DNA of 64,000 bases from Bradymonadia bacterium (lineage in GTDB: Bacteria > Myxococcota_A > Bradymonadia > UBA7976 > UBA1532): contig JBKAGE010000039.1 in NCBI GenBank assembly GCA_046290225.1, forward strand, positions 118,144 to 182,143. The letters run 5' to 3'. The notes beneath the pieces were generated by a model that was not told the origin of the DNA, made no database searches, and saw nothing but the letters and a program-made list of their open reading frames with translations. The translations under genes and the position numbers were made by a program. How positions within the stretch are numbered: the stretch's first letter is position 1; each line of letters opens with the position of its first letter. Shown here one piece after another: positions 21,125-30,162 of this stretch.

Positions 21125-21291
21125 GCCTCGCCTCGCGAGTTCTATGCTGATGCGGTGTGGGTCGGTCGTGGTCCTCGACAGATGCCCCCTCTCAACACCA
21201 GCGTATGTGGCCTTTTGCTGACTGTTGTACTGAGTCAACGAAGTGTGAGGTGTTCGGTGAGCTCAGGGCAATGCAGTACGGCGTGTATGAC

Positions 21292-22806
21292 TTACAGCAG
21301 AGGGATCTGAGTCTGCAGGTGTATGGTCGACGCCTTCCGAGTGCCCTTGCCATTGCCCGAGGCCTTGTAGACGGTGCCCGAGCCCGAGCCGCTGCCCTGC
21401 ACGCCTTCCACCACCTGACCCTCGCCGTCCACCGCCAGCGCTTCGAAGGTGTAGGCTGAGGGCAAGCCGGTGCCACCTCGGGTGACCCACTTGTTGGCCT
21501 GGCCCTCGAAGTCGAGGTTCACCTCCGTCTCCAGCGGCGGGGGGCCCTCGAAGGGCTCTTCGAAGATGACATTGAAGGCCGGGGCGTCGTTCAACTCGCC
21601 GGTGGTGGCGACCCACAGCTCGAAGGTCTCGCCGTTCTGGTACACCACCGCCCGGCCACGGCCGTCTGCGAAGGGCACTGAGGCTTCAGCAGGGCAACTG
21701 TCGAGGGTGCACTCGGCCCCGAAGATGGGCAGCTCGATCTCGTACTGCTCAGTGTTGGGGTTGCCCTCGGCGTCCACGCCCTCCAACAGCACCAGGTAAA
21801 CCGAGCCTGCCGGTGAGTCGCCCGGATCGAACTCTGCGGTCTGGCTGTACGCGTTGAACGTGCTCGCAGGGGCCTCGTCGAAGGCCGACAGCGCCACCTC
21901 ACCGGTCTCCTGGTCGGTGACTTCCAGATCCAGCCCGGCGATGTTGTCCTGGCCAAAGGTCATGGCCGTCAGCCGCATATCGCCTCGGCGGGTCTCTCTG
22001 AGGCGAATGCTGTCGATGCTGGGGGTCGCGCCTTCTTCCAAGGCAACCTGTGCGTTGCGGGTGGCCACTTGCTCGCCCTCCGCGTCCAGCAGAGTCGTGT
22101 TCAGGCTCACCGCCCCCGCTTGATCCAGCAGGGCCTCGTCACCGTTGAGATCTTGCACCCAGGTCTGGCGATACTCATCCACGGCCAGCTCGCCGCCGAG
22201 ATCGCTGCCCTCGACCTGGTAGTTGATGCCGACGAGCCCCTGACCGTTCCATGCGCTGCTTGAGTTGGAGATCACCGCCTTGAGGGCGCCATCGGCTCTG
22301 AGCCTGGCGCGGACCTTCCAGCCGTTGTCCCCCAAGGCCACCGTGGCGGTCCTGCCCACGGACTCCAGAACAATGGACACCTCAGGCACATAGCCGCCCA
22401 GCGCGTCCCAGTTGAAGGCATCCTCTGCCAGCTGCAACGTGAGCGTCACGGGGCCCGACAGGTCTGGCGTGCCGAGCGGGCTCGATGCGGCCACCTGGAT
22501 ACTGTTGCGGCGCGTCGCCGGCGTAACCTCCACCGGGATCAGCTCACCATCGAGCACCGCGCTGGCTTCGGTGCGTACCGAGCCGATGGCGCTCGGGTCG
22601 TTCCCCGAAGTGCGCGAGACGATCTTGAAGCCGCTGCCGACACGCTTCTTTTTGATTTTGATGCGCTTGATTTTGCCCGTGAATTTGACCTGGGCCTGTG
22701 CTGTGGAGATGCCGAGGATGTTGGGGGCAACATCCAGCGCGGTGGCGCCGAGCTGTACACCCGAGAGCACAGCCATGGCCGTCAGCGTCCTGACTACTTT
22801 CTTCAT
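21292..22806 (-). CDS. secreted hypothetical protein (beta-rich)
   Basis: 504 aa, signal peptide ending AQA, basic N-terminal and C-terminal stretches. Confidence 0.75.
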   Translation of the reverse strand: MKKVVRTLTAMAVLSGVQLGATALDVAPNILGISTAQAQVKFTGKIKRIKIKKKRVGSGFKIVSRTSGNDPSAIGSVRTEASAVLDGELIPVEVTPATRRNSIQVAASSPLGTPDLSGPVTLTLQLAEDAFNWDALGGYVPEVSIVLESVGRTATVALGDNGWKVRARLRADGALKAVISNSSSAWNGQGLVGINYQVEGSDLGGELAVDEYRQTWVQDLNGDEALLDQAGAVSLNTTLLDAEGEQVATRNAQVALEEGATPSIDSIRLRETRRGDMRLTAMTFGQDNIAGLDLEVTDQETGEVALSAFDEAPASTFNAYSQTAEFDPGDSPAGSVYLVLLEGVDAEGNPNTEQYEIELPIFGAECTLDSCPAEASVPFADGRGRAVVYQNGETFELWVATTGELNDAPAFNVIFEEPFEGPPPLETEVNLDFEGQANKWVTRGGTGLPSAYTFEALAVDGEGQVVEGVQGSGSGSGTVYKASGNGKGTRKASTIHLQTQIPLL

Positions 22807-22985
22807 GATGAGTCTCCCTCTCTCTGCTTCATGTGTGCTCGTGACAGCGCGAGCGATTGTCTGGATTTTAAATACACAGACACAGGCGCAGTTTTTAGAG
22901 GGTGTGCAAAAAAAGAAAAAATAGAGCGGACGATGGCGGCGTAGAGGGCGCAGCGCGCTGAATGCTTCTCGTGGTCATCTCCAGC

Positions 22986-23567
22986 TCATACCTTCGATTC
23001 GCGCTCGATGAACTGTGCCACCGTGTCTCGAATCAGCTCGTCGCTGATCTCGATGCGGAGCAGAACGTGTTGTGTGAGCATCGGGCCCGCAAGGCGAGCG
23101 CAGGCAGAGTCGATTGCGAGCGTCGCCGGGAGTTCGCCGTTCTCGGTTGCATGGCGAAGAACATCGGCAAGCCCAGTCAGCACACCCTGTACGAATCGCC
23201 GCTGTGGCTCGACAAACCTGTCGTCCCGATTCGCGTGGTCCAGCAACGTACCGAAGACCTTGCGGAATGGGCGCTTGCGCATCCGTGCGCGCAAGTTGGA
23301 CAGCGCAGATGTCAGGTCGGCTTCGAGATGCCCGGTCGTGCGGGTCTTCGCTCGAGGCGTCACAACGCGGTCGATCACATCCAGGAGCAGGGCCGACTGA
23401 TCAGGCCAGTGCCGATAGATCGCCGAACGGGCCACACCTGTTTGCTCCGAGATCCGTAGGGCCGTCACCGCATCCCCGCCGGCGGTGGCCAAAAGCTCGC
23501 ATCCTGCTCTGAGGACCGTCGCCCGCATCCGCTCGGTACGTGGGTTATCGCTGCTCTTGTCGTTCAT
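22986..23567 (-). CDS. TetR/AcrR family transcriptional regulator
   Basis: TALRISEQTGVARSAIYRHW HTH. Confidence 0.9.
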   Translation of the reverse strand: MNDKSSDNPRTERMRATVLRAGCELLATAGGDAVTALRISEQTGVARSAIYRHWPDQSALLLDVIDRVVTPRAKTRTTGHLEADLTSALSNLRARMRKRPFRKVFGTLLDHANRDDRFVEPQRRFVQGVLTGLADVLRHATENGELPATLAIDSACARLAGPMLTQHVLLRIEISDELIRDTVAQFIERESKV

Positions 23568-23627
23568 CCTATCTGTCGTTCCTGCCTGGTGTATGTCGTC
23601 GCTCGAAGGATCGCCGGGTGTTGACTC

Positions 23628-23668
23628 GAGGACATCGTGTACTTTAGATCGGAGGACACCGTGTCCTC
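23628..23668. promoter_or_regulatory. tandem palindromic operator, probably bound by the adjacent TetR
   Basis: GAGGACA-CCG-TGTCCTC (23652-23668, perfect) and GAGGACA-TCG-TGTACTT (23628-23644), next to TTGACT at 23621. Confidence 0.65.
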
Positions 23669-23745
23669 AAACGGGCCTGGGCGCACGCTTGAAGAGCGAC
23701 CTGGCTGGCGCAGGACCAATGTGCGTAAGGCGCTCAAGGAACATC

Positions 23746-24987
23746 ATGCCTGCTACCAACACCCGAGACTTCGTGCTCTCCGCCGCAATCACCGCCGAAG
23801 CCAGAGAAACCACCGGTGCTTCCGCATCGGATCTCGACATCCAGTTCGCCGGTGCGCTCGCATTCGCAGAGGATGGCACTCTGTTCGTCGGCGATAATCA
23901 TAGCGGCGCCATCTATGCGTTCGAGATTCCGGCGAGTAAGAGCGACGGTCAGGTGGCGTCGAGCTCGATACGCAACATAGACTACAAGATCGCCGAAATC
24001 CTCGGCGTGCACACAGGGGCTGTCGAGATCAACGACATGGCTGTGCACCCGCTCTCCAACGAGATCTACATCTCGGTCACACGGATCGAGGGCTTCGCTT
24101 CGCTGCCCGTGATCGTGACGATCTCGACGGATCACAGGATTGGTGTGCTCGATATGGCTGCGCTGCCACTTCATCGGCAGGCCCTGAGCGGATTCCCGAC
24201 GAGCGACGTCAAGTTCCAGGGGCGCGGCGCTCACGGGGTCACCCTGCCGCGAGATGCGGCGAAGCGAGCGCGGGGGATTCGATCGCTCGCGATCATGGAC
24301 ATGGCGTTCTATCAAGGTGAGCTCTTCGTCGCAGGTCTTGCGCACGACACCTTTCAGTCGTCCCTGCGTCGCATCGCCTACCCGTTCGACGGCACACAGG
24401 GGGTGGCGACCGTCGAGATGTACCACATCGCCCACGACAACTATGAGAGTCGGGCACCGATCCGAGCGATGTCGATTCAGCAGATCGACGGCAAGCCTCA
24501 GCTCGTGGGCGCATACACCTGTAGCCCCGTCGTGCTCGTCCCGCTCGACACGATCGAAGATGGTGCGAAGATCTCGGCCAACACCATCATCGACATGGGC
24601 AACGGACAACCCATCGATATGGTTGCCTTCGAGATGCGCGGCGAGACGATGCTCTTCGTGACCAGCAACAGTCGATCGCCTCAGGTCATCCCAGTGAAAG
24701 GCCTGCATGCTGCTGCCGCCGTGACGCACGAGGACTTCGAGCGTGGTCCGAAGCTCGACCTGCACCCGCTCATGCCGTTCGGCCCCGCAGGCAAGGCAGT
24801 CATGTTTGAGGGCGTGCCTCTCCACATTGCGCTGATCGACGGCACCTTCCTCGCATCGATCACGCGCGACGCCTACACCGGGGATCTGAACCTCGACATC
24901 AACCCGGTGATGTTCCCCAATCGCATTCACAATCTACTCGCTGAGATGGACTTCCCCAAGATCGAGGACCGTGGAGCGGAGGGCTGA
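23746..24987 (+). CDS. hypothetical protein, probable beta-propeller
   Basis: ALAFAEDGTLFVGD and INDMAVHPLSNEIYIS blade-like repeats; AAGGA SD before ATG 23746. Confidence 0.75.
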   Translation: MPATNTRDFVLSAAITAEARETTGASASDLDIQFAGALAFAEDGTLFVGDNHSGAIYAFEIPASKSDGQVASSSIRNIDYKIAEILGVHTGAVEINDMAVHPLSNEIYISVTRIEGFASLPVIVTISTDHRIGVLDMAALPLHRQALSGFPTSDVKFQGRGAHGVTLPRDAAKRARGIRSLAIMDMAFYQGELFVAGLAHDTFQSSLRRIAYPFDGTQGVATVEMYHIAHDNYESRAPIRAMSIQQIDGKPQLVGAYTCSPVVLVPLDTIEDGAKISANTIIDMGNGQPIDMVAFEMRGETMLFVTSNSRSPQVIPVKGLHAAAAVTHEDFERGPKLDLHPLMPFGPAGKAVMFEGVPLHIALIDGTFLASITRDAYTGDLNLDINPVMFPNRIHNLLAEMDFPKIEDRGAEG

Positions 24988-24989
24988 GC

Positions 24990-26042
24990 GTGCGGTCGAG
25001 TGCTGCGCCAGCGCTGCCCGACGACATCGACCTCATCGTGCCGAGACGACGTGACGAGCCGGTCATGCTACGGCTTCTGGCAGCAGCCCCCACGCATCCT
25101 CGTGGCGAAGGACACGACATCCTCGCGGTCTTCGTGGGTCAGAAGGCTTCGCTTCATGATGGAAGGCTGCCCGTCGCAGGTCGATATGAGCGCGAAGGGG
25201 ACACTGTACGGTTCTTGCCAATGTTCGGCTTTGCCGCAGGGCAAGATTATGTGGTGCGCATCCGCTGCAATGGTGAGTCGCCCCGATTCACCGAGTTTCG
25301 CATTGACGCTCAGGCCGCAGCCCCGAGGGCGCGTGTCACGGCTGTATACCCCAGTGGCGATGCGCTTCCGGAGAACGTCCTACGTTTCTATGTGCATTTC
25401 TCGGTGCCGATGGCACCTCACCGCGCCTCGGACTTCATCCGACTGCGCGACGCGCGAGGTCTCAGCGACGATGCTGCGTTCATGCAGTTCAAGCAGGAAC
25501 TCTGGAATCAGGATCGAACGCGGCTGACCATCCTGCTCGACCCTGGGCGTATCAAGCGAGGTGTAACCACCAACCTCCGCCTCGGCCCCGCACTGCTCGA
25601 AGGGCACCGCTATGCCCTGACCCTTGAGGGCGGTTGGCCGTCCGCAGATGGCTCATCCCAGCTGCCTGCGTATTCGAAGAACTTCGGCGTGACGGCGCCT
25701 CTGCGCGAGCAACCCAGGGTGGGGCTGTGGGCCTGGACGCCCCCGACCTCGGGTACGCGCGATGCGCTCCGAATTCAGTTCGACCGGCCGTTCGACCGCC
25801 ACGCGCTGCGTGGAGCCATTCAGATCGCGGCGAGCGATGGCCGCATCCTCTCCGGGACATCGCAGGTGGGTGACGACGAATCGTCCTGGTCTTTCACCCC
25901 CGACGACGCCTGGCCCTCGAGCGACGTGCAACTCATCGTCGACGAGGCCCTCGAGGATGTCGCCGGCAATAACCTGCGCGAGCTTCTCGACCGGGATGTG
26001 GGCGCCACCGAAAACAGTCGAGCGAGCCATGAAAAAGGTTGA
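24990..26042 (+). CDS. hypothetical protein (Ig-like beta domains)
   Basis: 350 aa ORF 2 nt after the upstream stop; YPSGDALPENVLRFYVHFSVPM, LEDVAGNN. Confidence 0.7.
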   Translation: MRSSAAPALPDDIDLIVPRRRDEPVMLRLLAAAPTHPRGEGHDILAVFVGQKASLHDGRLPVAGRYEREGDTVRFLPMFGFAAGQDYVVRIRCNGESPRFTEFRIDAQAAAPRARVTAVYPSGDALPENVLRFYVHFSVPMAPHRASDFIRLRDARGLSDDAAFMQFKQELWNQDRTRLTILLDPGRIKRGVTTNLRLGPALLEGHRYALTLEGGWPSADGSSQLPAYSKNFGVTAPLREQPRVGLWAWTPPTSGTRDALRIQFDRPFDRHALRGAIQIAASDGRILSGTSQVGDDESSWSFTPDDAWPSSDVQLIVDEALEDVAGNNLRELLDRDVGATENSRASHEKG

Positions 26043-26676
26043 GCTGTGTCTGATCACGTTCGGCGTGATCATCGGGATCATTGGTGTCCTTCACGGATGT
26101 GCCGAGCTGCTGCAGGGCAGTGCCCTGGTGGGGAGCCAGTCCACAGCGGCCATGCCAGAGGGCTGGCCCAACAGCGAATTTCACACGCTGATGAAGGGGT
26201 CGCCCGTATTCACGTTGCTCACCGGCATACCCTTCTTTGCCTTGGGGCTCCTCGCGATCTCGGTGTCGATCACGATGATCGTATGCTCACTGACCGTCGT
26301 GAGGCTGAACCGCTTCGGACTGGCTGTGTTCGCGCTGTTGAGCGCGGGGATCTTTCTCTTCGGGGCGGGCAGAGGCACGCCAGTGGCGGTGAGCATGCCC
26401 GTGCTCGTTTTTGGGGTGGCTTCACTCGCCATGCCTGGGACCAAGACGCGAAGCAGCGCAGCCATCAGACGGCTGCGGTTCTGGTTCAACGCTTTTTACT
26501 GGCTGCACATCTTCAGCTGGGTCCTGTTTTTCCCAGGGCTGTTCATCCTGAGCTTCTACGGGGAGATACCGACGGCTCTCTTCATCTTCGACTTCGCCGC
26601 CATGCCAGTGTCGGTGTTGGGCGCGCTCATATCGGGTTTCATGTTGGATCGGTCGTACTCTGCAAGTACACCGTAA
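26029..26676 (+). CDS. integral membrane protein
   Basis: about 6 hydrophobic segments; overlaps the upstream stop. Confidence 0.75.
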   Translation: MKKVELCLITFGVIIGIIGVLHGCAELLQGSALVGSQSTAAMPEGWPNSEFHTLMKGSPVFTLLTGIPFFALGLLAISVSITMIVCSLTVVRLNRFGLAVFALLSAGIFLFGAGRGTPVAVSMPVLVFGVASLAMPGTKTRSSAAIRRLRFWFNAFYWLHIFSWVLFFPGLFILSFYGEIPTALFIFDFAAMPVSVLGALISGFMLDRSYSASTP

Positions 26677-26759
26677 GACACGCATCAGGTCTCGGCCGGT
26701 CAGTGAACTGGCGTTCGCGAGCCGGAAAGTGCGTAGCAGCTACACACCCCAAAAAACAA

Positions 26760-26789
26760 AAAAGCCCAGGTCTTTCGACCTGGGCTTTT
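26760..26789. terminator. bidirectional Rho-independent terminator
   Basis: AAAAGCCCAGGTC-TTTC-GACCTGGGCTTTT between convergent genes. Confidence 0.85.
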
Positions 26790-26946
26790 CATTTGCTCCC
26801 CTTGCGGGACGCTACGGCGAGACGGGGCTGAGCGGGCGGCTCTCGCAAGTGTCTGATCTTCCTGGGCTTGCGAGAGGTGGGGCTGACGGGGCGTGGTTGC
26901 GTGAACCTGGGGCTCGGTGAGAGCGCGAGACGCCAAGGCGAACCGG

Positions 26947-29900
26947 TCATGGCCCATCCTGCTCTGAGTTCGGTGCCTCGGCGTCGAGGCGGAGCCTCAG
27001 GTCGTCGGCAATTCTCTGAGGCAGAGGCGCCCACACCGAGCCGCGCTCTTCGCCGAGATCATCGTCGAGCCGTTCTGCCTCCATGGCGTCATCCACGACA
27101 CGGTGACCGTCAACCGCGTACTCGCCGCCCATCGTGACCTCGAAGATGTGGGCGCGACCGTGGACGACCCGGAACCGGTGCTCGTCGTACGTGCCGGCGA
27201 TGTATGGGACGGCGACGTCGAGCGAGCAGTCCCCGTCTCCGTTTCCGCTTCGCTGAAGGCGCTCGGTCTTGCTGCCTATGCGGTCAACTCGCCCGGTTCG
27301 CTGCTCGAGGGTGGCCGGGTTCCACGGCAGGTCGTGGTGAACGACGTGCCGACACTCGCGGTGCAGGTCGATGCCCTCCTGGCCGACAGTCGTCACGATG
27401 AGGACCTCCGGCACAAGAGGCGTGTTGAAGCCCATGAATAGCCGGTCTCGCTCAGAGCTGGCGACGGATCCAGTGACGCGGGTGACGACATCGCGGTTCC
27501 GGCTCGCGTCCTCGTAGGCGGCGATCTGCTCTTCGAGCCCGACCGCCTTCTGCAGCGTCTCCAGGTAGGCCTCGAACCGCTCGCGTGCCGACTCACCAGC
27601 AGCGGGGGGCGACTCGTACCGACGGTGGATGAGCGTGGTCCAGTCGTCGTCGGCCGCATCGTCGTCGACGTCGGGCCTCGCGGTCGGATCGTCGAGGATG
27701 AAGCGGGCGAGGAAGCCGGGAGACCGGACCAGGCGCCGGAGCATTCGGGCGGCCAGCGCCCTCAATCGGGCAGGCAGCTCGGCGAGCGCTGCGGCGTGCC
27801 ATCGGGTGAGCAGACTCGGGACATCCACCGAGCCGTCACGGAGATATGGGGCCAGGACCGCCTGACCAGCACGCCCCCTGAGGACGTCGGTCCAGGCGGC
27901 CACGTCCTCGGACCGCGCGGTGTCGCCAGCCGCCTCCATGTCCTCATCGTCAGGCAATGCCTCAACTTCAGCCTCACGCAGAACGCCCTCGACGACCACA
28001 CGCCGACGCGCCGGCCAGTCTGGGGCCGAGATGAACGCGATGGCGTCCTCGACAGTCTCAGCAAGACGAAGAGGTGCAAGGACCTCCCCGAGCCAGGCCC
28101 GCCCGGCATCGGAGCACTCCCAGCGAGCGACCAGCGCTTGTTCGACGGCCGCGAGGACGCGTCGTCGGTCAAAGCGGCTACGATCGCGAGGTGGACCACC
28201 GAGTGCGAGCCGGGCTGCTATCTCCTGGATGTCGCGCTTCCGCAGAGCGAGCTTCCGCGGCACCCGCCCTCGGCTACCCGCCAGGGGGTGGTCTTGAAAG
28301 AGCAGGAAGACCGTCTGGCGGTAGTTGTAGAGCCGCCTCTGGAAGTTCTTGAGGCGCAGATCCAGCTCTTCGGGGCGGCATTTGAAGGCCGCGGTCAGCA
28401 CGGCTGTGCTGTGAGCGTCGATCCGTCGGTTCACGGCGGTACGGACAGCGTCGACGGTGGCGATGTTGAAGCAGAACACCAGGGTCTTGTCGCCCTGAAG
28501 CCACGCTCGGAACGCCCGCTCTGCGGTCACGGCGACCTTCGGGTGCTCATGGCTCTCGCCGTTGACCGCTCGCTGGACGAGCCGGAGGTAGCGCGCCGCT
28601 TCTGGACTTCGTCCCGGCAGCATCCTGCGGAGCTCCCCCTCACGGAAGAAAGCGTAGGACCCACCGAGGTCGGCGCCGAGGCTGGTCGAACCGCGGCCAT
28701 CCTTCTGTTCCTGCACCGCTCGCATCATCAGGTAGTGCACGAGCTCGGCGTCGCCGTTCACGTCCAGGCCCGGCCTCCACCTGAGCGCGCTTCCTCGCGC
28801 GCTGGGGGCATCGGCTTCGGGCGCGGCCTCGCGTCCGACCCACCAGGCCCGGTGGGACACGTCGCGCCGGTGGCGCAGCAGGAACGGCCTGAGGCTCAGA
28901 CCAAGGCGGGTGTGAGCGTCGCGGACGCTCAGCGCGGCACCGACCGCGCGCTGGAGGCGCGGCGGCAGCCCCGCCGCTCTCCCCGAATCCCCGTTCCTCG
29001 GCCAGGCCGACTCGAGATCGTCGAGGTCGCTGGGCGCAACCTCCGCCCATGCAGCGCGAAGAGTGTCCCCCGCGCTCCCAGCAGCCCGCAGGTCGGCGTC
29101 CAGAGAGGCGACCTGTTCATCGAGGAAGGCGGTTCGCTCCCCCGACAACGCAATGCAACGGCGGAGGTTGAGCACGGAGATGAGCTCGTGTGGCCCCAGC
29201 TGGAATGGTGTTGCGGACAGCCCCAGAAGCCGATCGATCCGCAGCCCGAGCGTGTGCTGGAACCGCCACCAGCTCGTCGGGTGGTTCTTCCAGTTGTGGA
29301 TCTCGTCCACGATGACGAGCGGAAGGCTGTGCGGCACGGTCTGCCCGAGCGCCGCCCGGCACAGCTCGCGAATGTCTTGCCAGAAGGAAGAACGCTTGCT
29401 GCGACCGTTTCGGATCCGCTTCCACGAGTCGCGCAGGCGGTCGCACAGCCAAGGGTCCATCCGCTCGAGCCGGCGCCACGCACCGCGAACCTGTGCGTCG
29501 CCGAAGCCAACCTCGTGCGTGCCCTGGGCGTGCTCCCAGATCGCCGTCGAACGCCTCAAGTCCAGGTTCTTCCGCGTCGCGTGAGTGGGCCAGTCGTCCA
29601 AGAGCTGGAGGCGCTGGTCCATGGACAGACCGAAGCCGTCCATGTGGAGAAGGGAGTGGATCGCGGCCAGCCGCGCGGTGTCGAGCCGGTGGAGCCTCGC
29701 CGAGAACGCCGGCATGCGAGCGATGACAAGCGTCGGACGGCGTAGTCGTAGCGCGTGCGCGAGCTCGTGCGGCGTCGAGGCCGACTTCACATCGAATCCA
29801 AGGCCCGCTGGCGCGACGAGCTTCACGAACCGCTCAGCCTCACGTCGCCACTTCCGAAAGAGCGCGTGGGCATGCGGCGTCACCACCAGCACCGGGCCCG

Positions 29901-30162
29901 TGGCCAGTCCGGCGGCCTTCCGTTGGTGTAGAACCGACCACGCTACGCCCAAGGCCACGAACGTCTTTCCCAGCCCCACCTCGTCAGCAAGCAGGACCAT
30001 CTCCCGGCGCTGCTCGTCATCGTCGTCGTAGAGCCGCTGCAGGATCGCGTCGATCGTTCGCTCCTGCCTCCCGGCAGCAGCCTCAACGGCGCCGGGGTTG
30101 CCGTCCCCGAGCGCTGATCTGAGCGAGCGCCTGAGATCCAGTCCGGCAGGCCGTTCGATCAT
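26947..30162 (-). CDS. SF2 (SNF2-like) helicase/ATPase, defence-associated
   Basis: LADEVGLGKT, VDEIH, LSATP, EGIDLH, WNPATLEQRTGRVDR; ATG 30162 overlaps the upstream stop (ATGA). Confidence 0.9.
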   Translation of the reverse strand: MIERPAGLDLRRSLRSALGDGNPGAVEAAAGRQERTIDAILQRLYDDDDEQRREMVLLADEVGLGKTFVALGVAWSVLHQRKAAGLATGPVLVVTPHAHALFRKWRREAERFVKLVAPAGLGFDVKSASTPHELAHALRLRRPTLVIARMPAFSARLHRLDTARLAAIHSLLHMDGFGLSMDQRLQLLDDWPTHATRKNLDLRRSTAIWEHAQGTHEVGFGDAQVRGAWRRLERMDPWLCDRLRDSWKRIRNGRSKRSSFWQDIRELCRAALGQTVPHSLPLVIVDEIHNWKNHPTSWWRFQHTLGLRIDRLLGLSATPFQLGPHELISVLNLRRCIALSGERTAFLDEQVASLDADLRAAGSAGDTLRAAWAEVAPSDLDDLESAWPRNGDSGRAAGLPPRLQRAVGAALSVRDAHTRLGLSLRPFLLRHRRDVSHRAWWVGREAAPEADAPSARGSALRWRPGLDVNGDAELVHYLMMRAVQEQKDGRGSTSLGADLGGSYAFFREGELRRMLPGRSPEAARYLRLVQRAVNGESHEHPKVAVTAERAFRAWLQGDKTLVFCFNIATVDAVRTAVNRRIDAHSTAVLTAAFKCRPEELDLRLKNFQRRLYNYRQTVFLLFQDHPLAGSRGRVPRKLALRKRDIQEIAARLALGGPPRDRSRFDRRRVLAAVEQALVARWECSDAGRAWLGEVLAPLRLAETVEDAIAFISAPDWPARRRVVVEGVLREAEVEALPDDEDMEAAGDTARSEDVAAWTDVLRGRAGQAVLAPYLRDGSVDVPSLLTRWHAAALAELPARLRALAARMLRRLVRSPGFLARFILDDPTARPDVDDDAADDDWTTLIHRRYESPPAAGESARERFEAYLETLQKAVGLEEQIAAYEDASRNRDVVTRVTGSVASSERDRLFMGFNTPLVPEVLIVTTVGQEGIDLHRECRHVVHHDLPWNPATLEQRTGRVDRIGSKTERLQRSGNGDGDCSLDVAVPYIAGTYDEHRFRVVHGRAHIFEVTMGGEYAVDGHRVVDDAMEAERLDDDLGEERGSVWAPLPQRIADDLRLRLDAEAPNSEQDGP

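Noticed and set aside
27625..29745. 706-aa plus-strand ORF
   Set aside because: Antisense shadow of the SF2 helicase with no motifs; expected in high-GC DNA.
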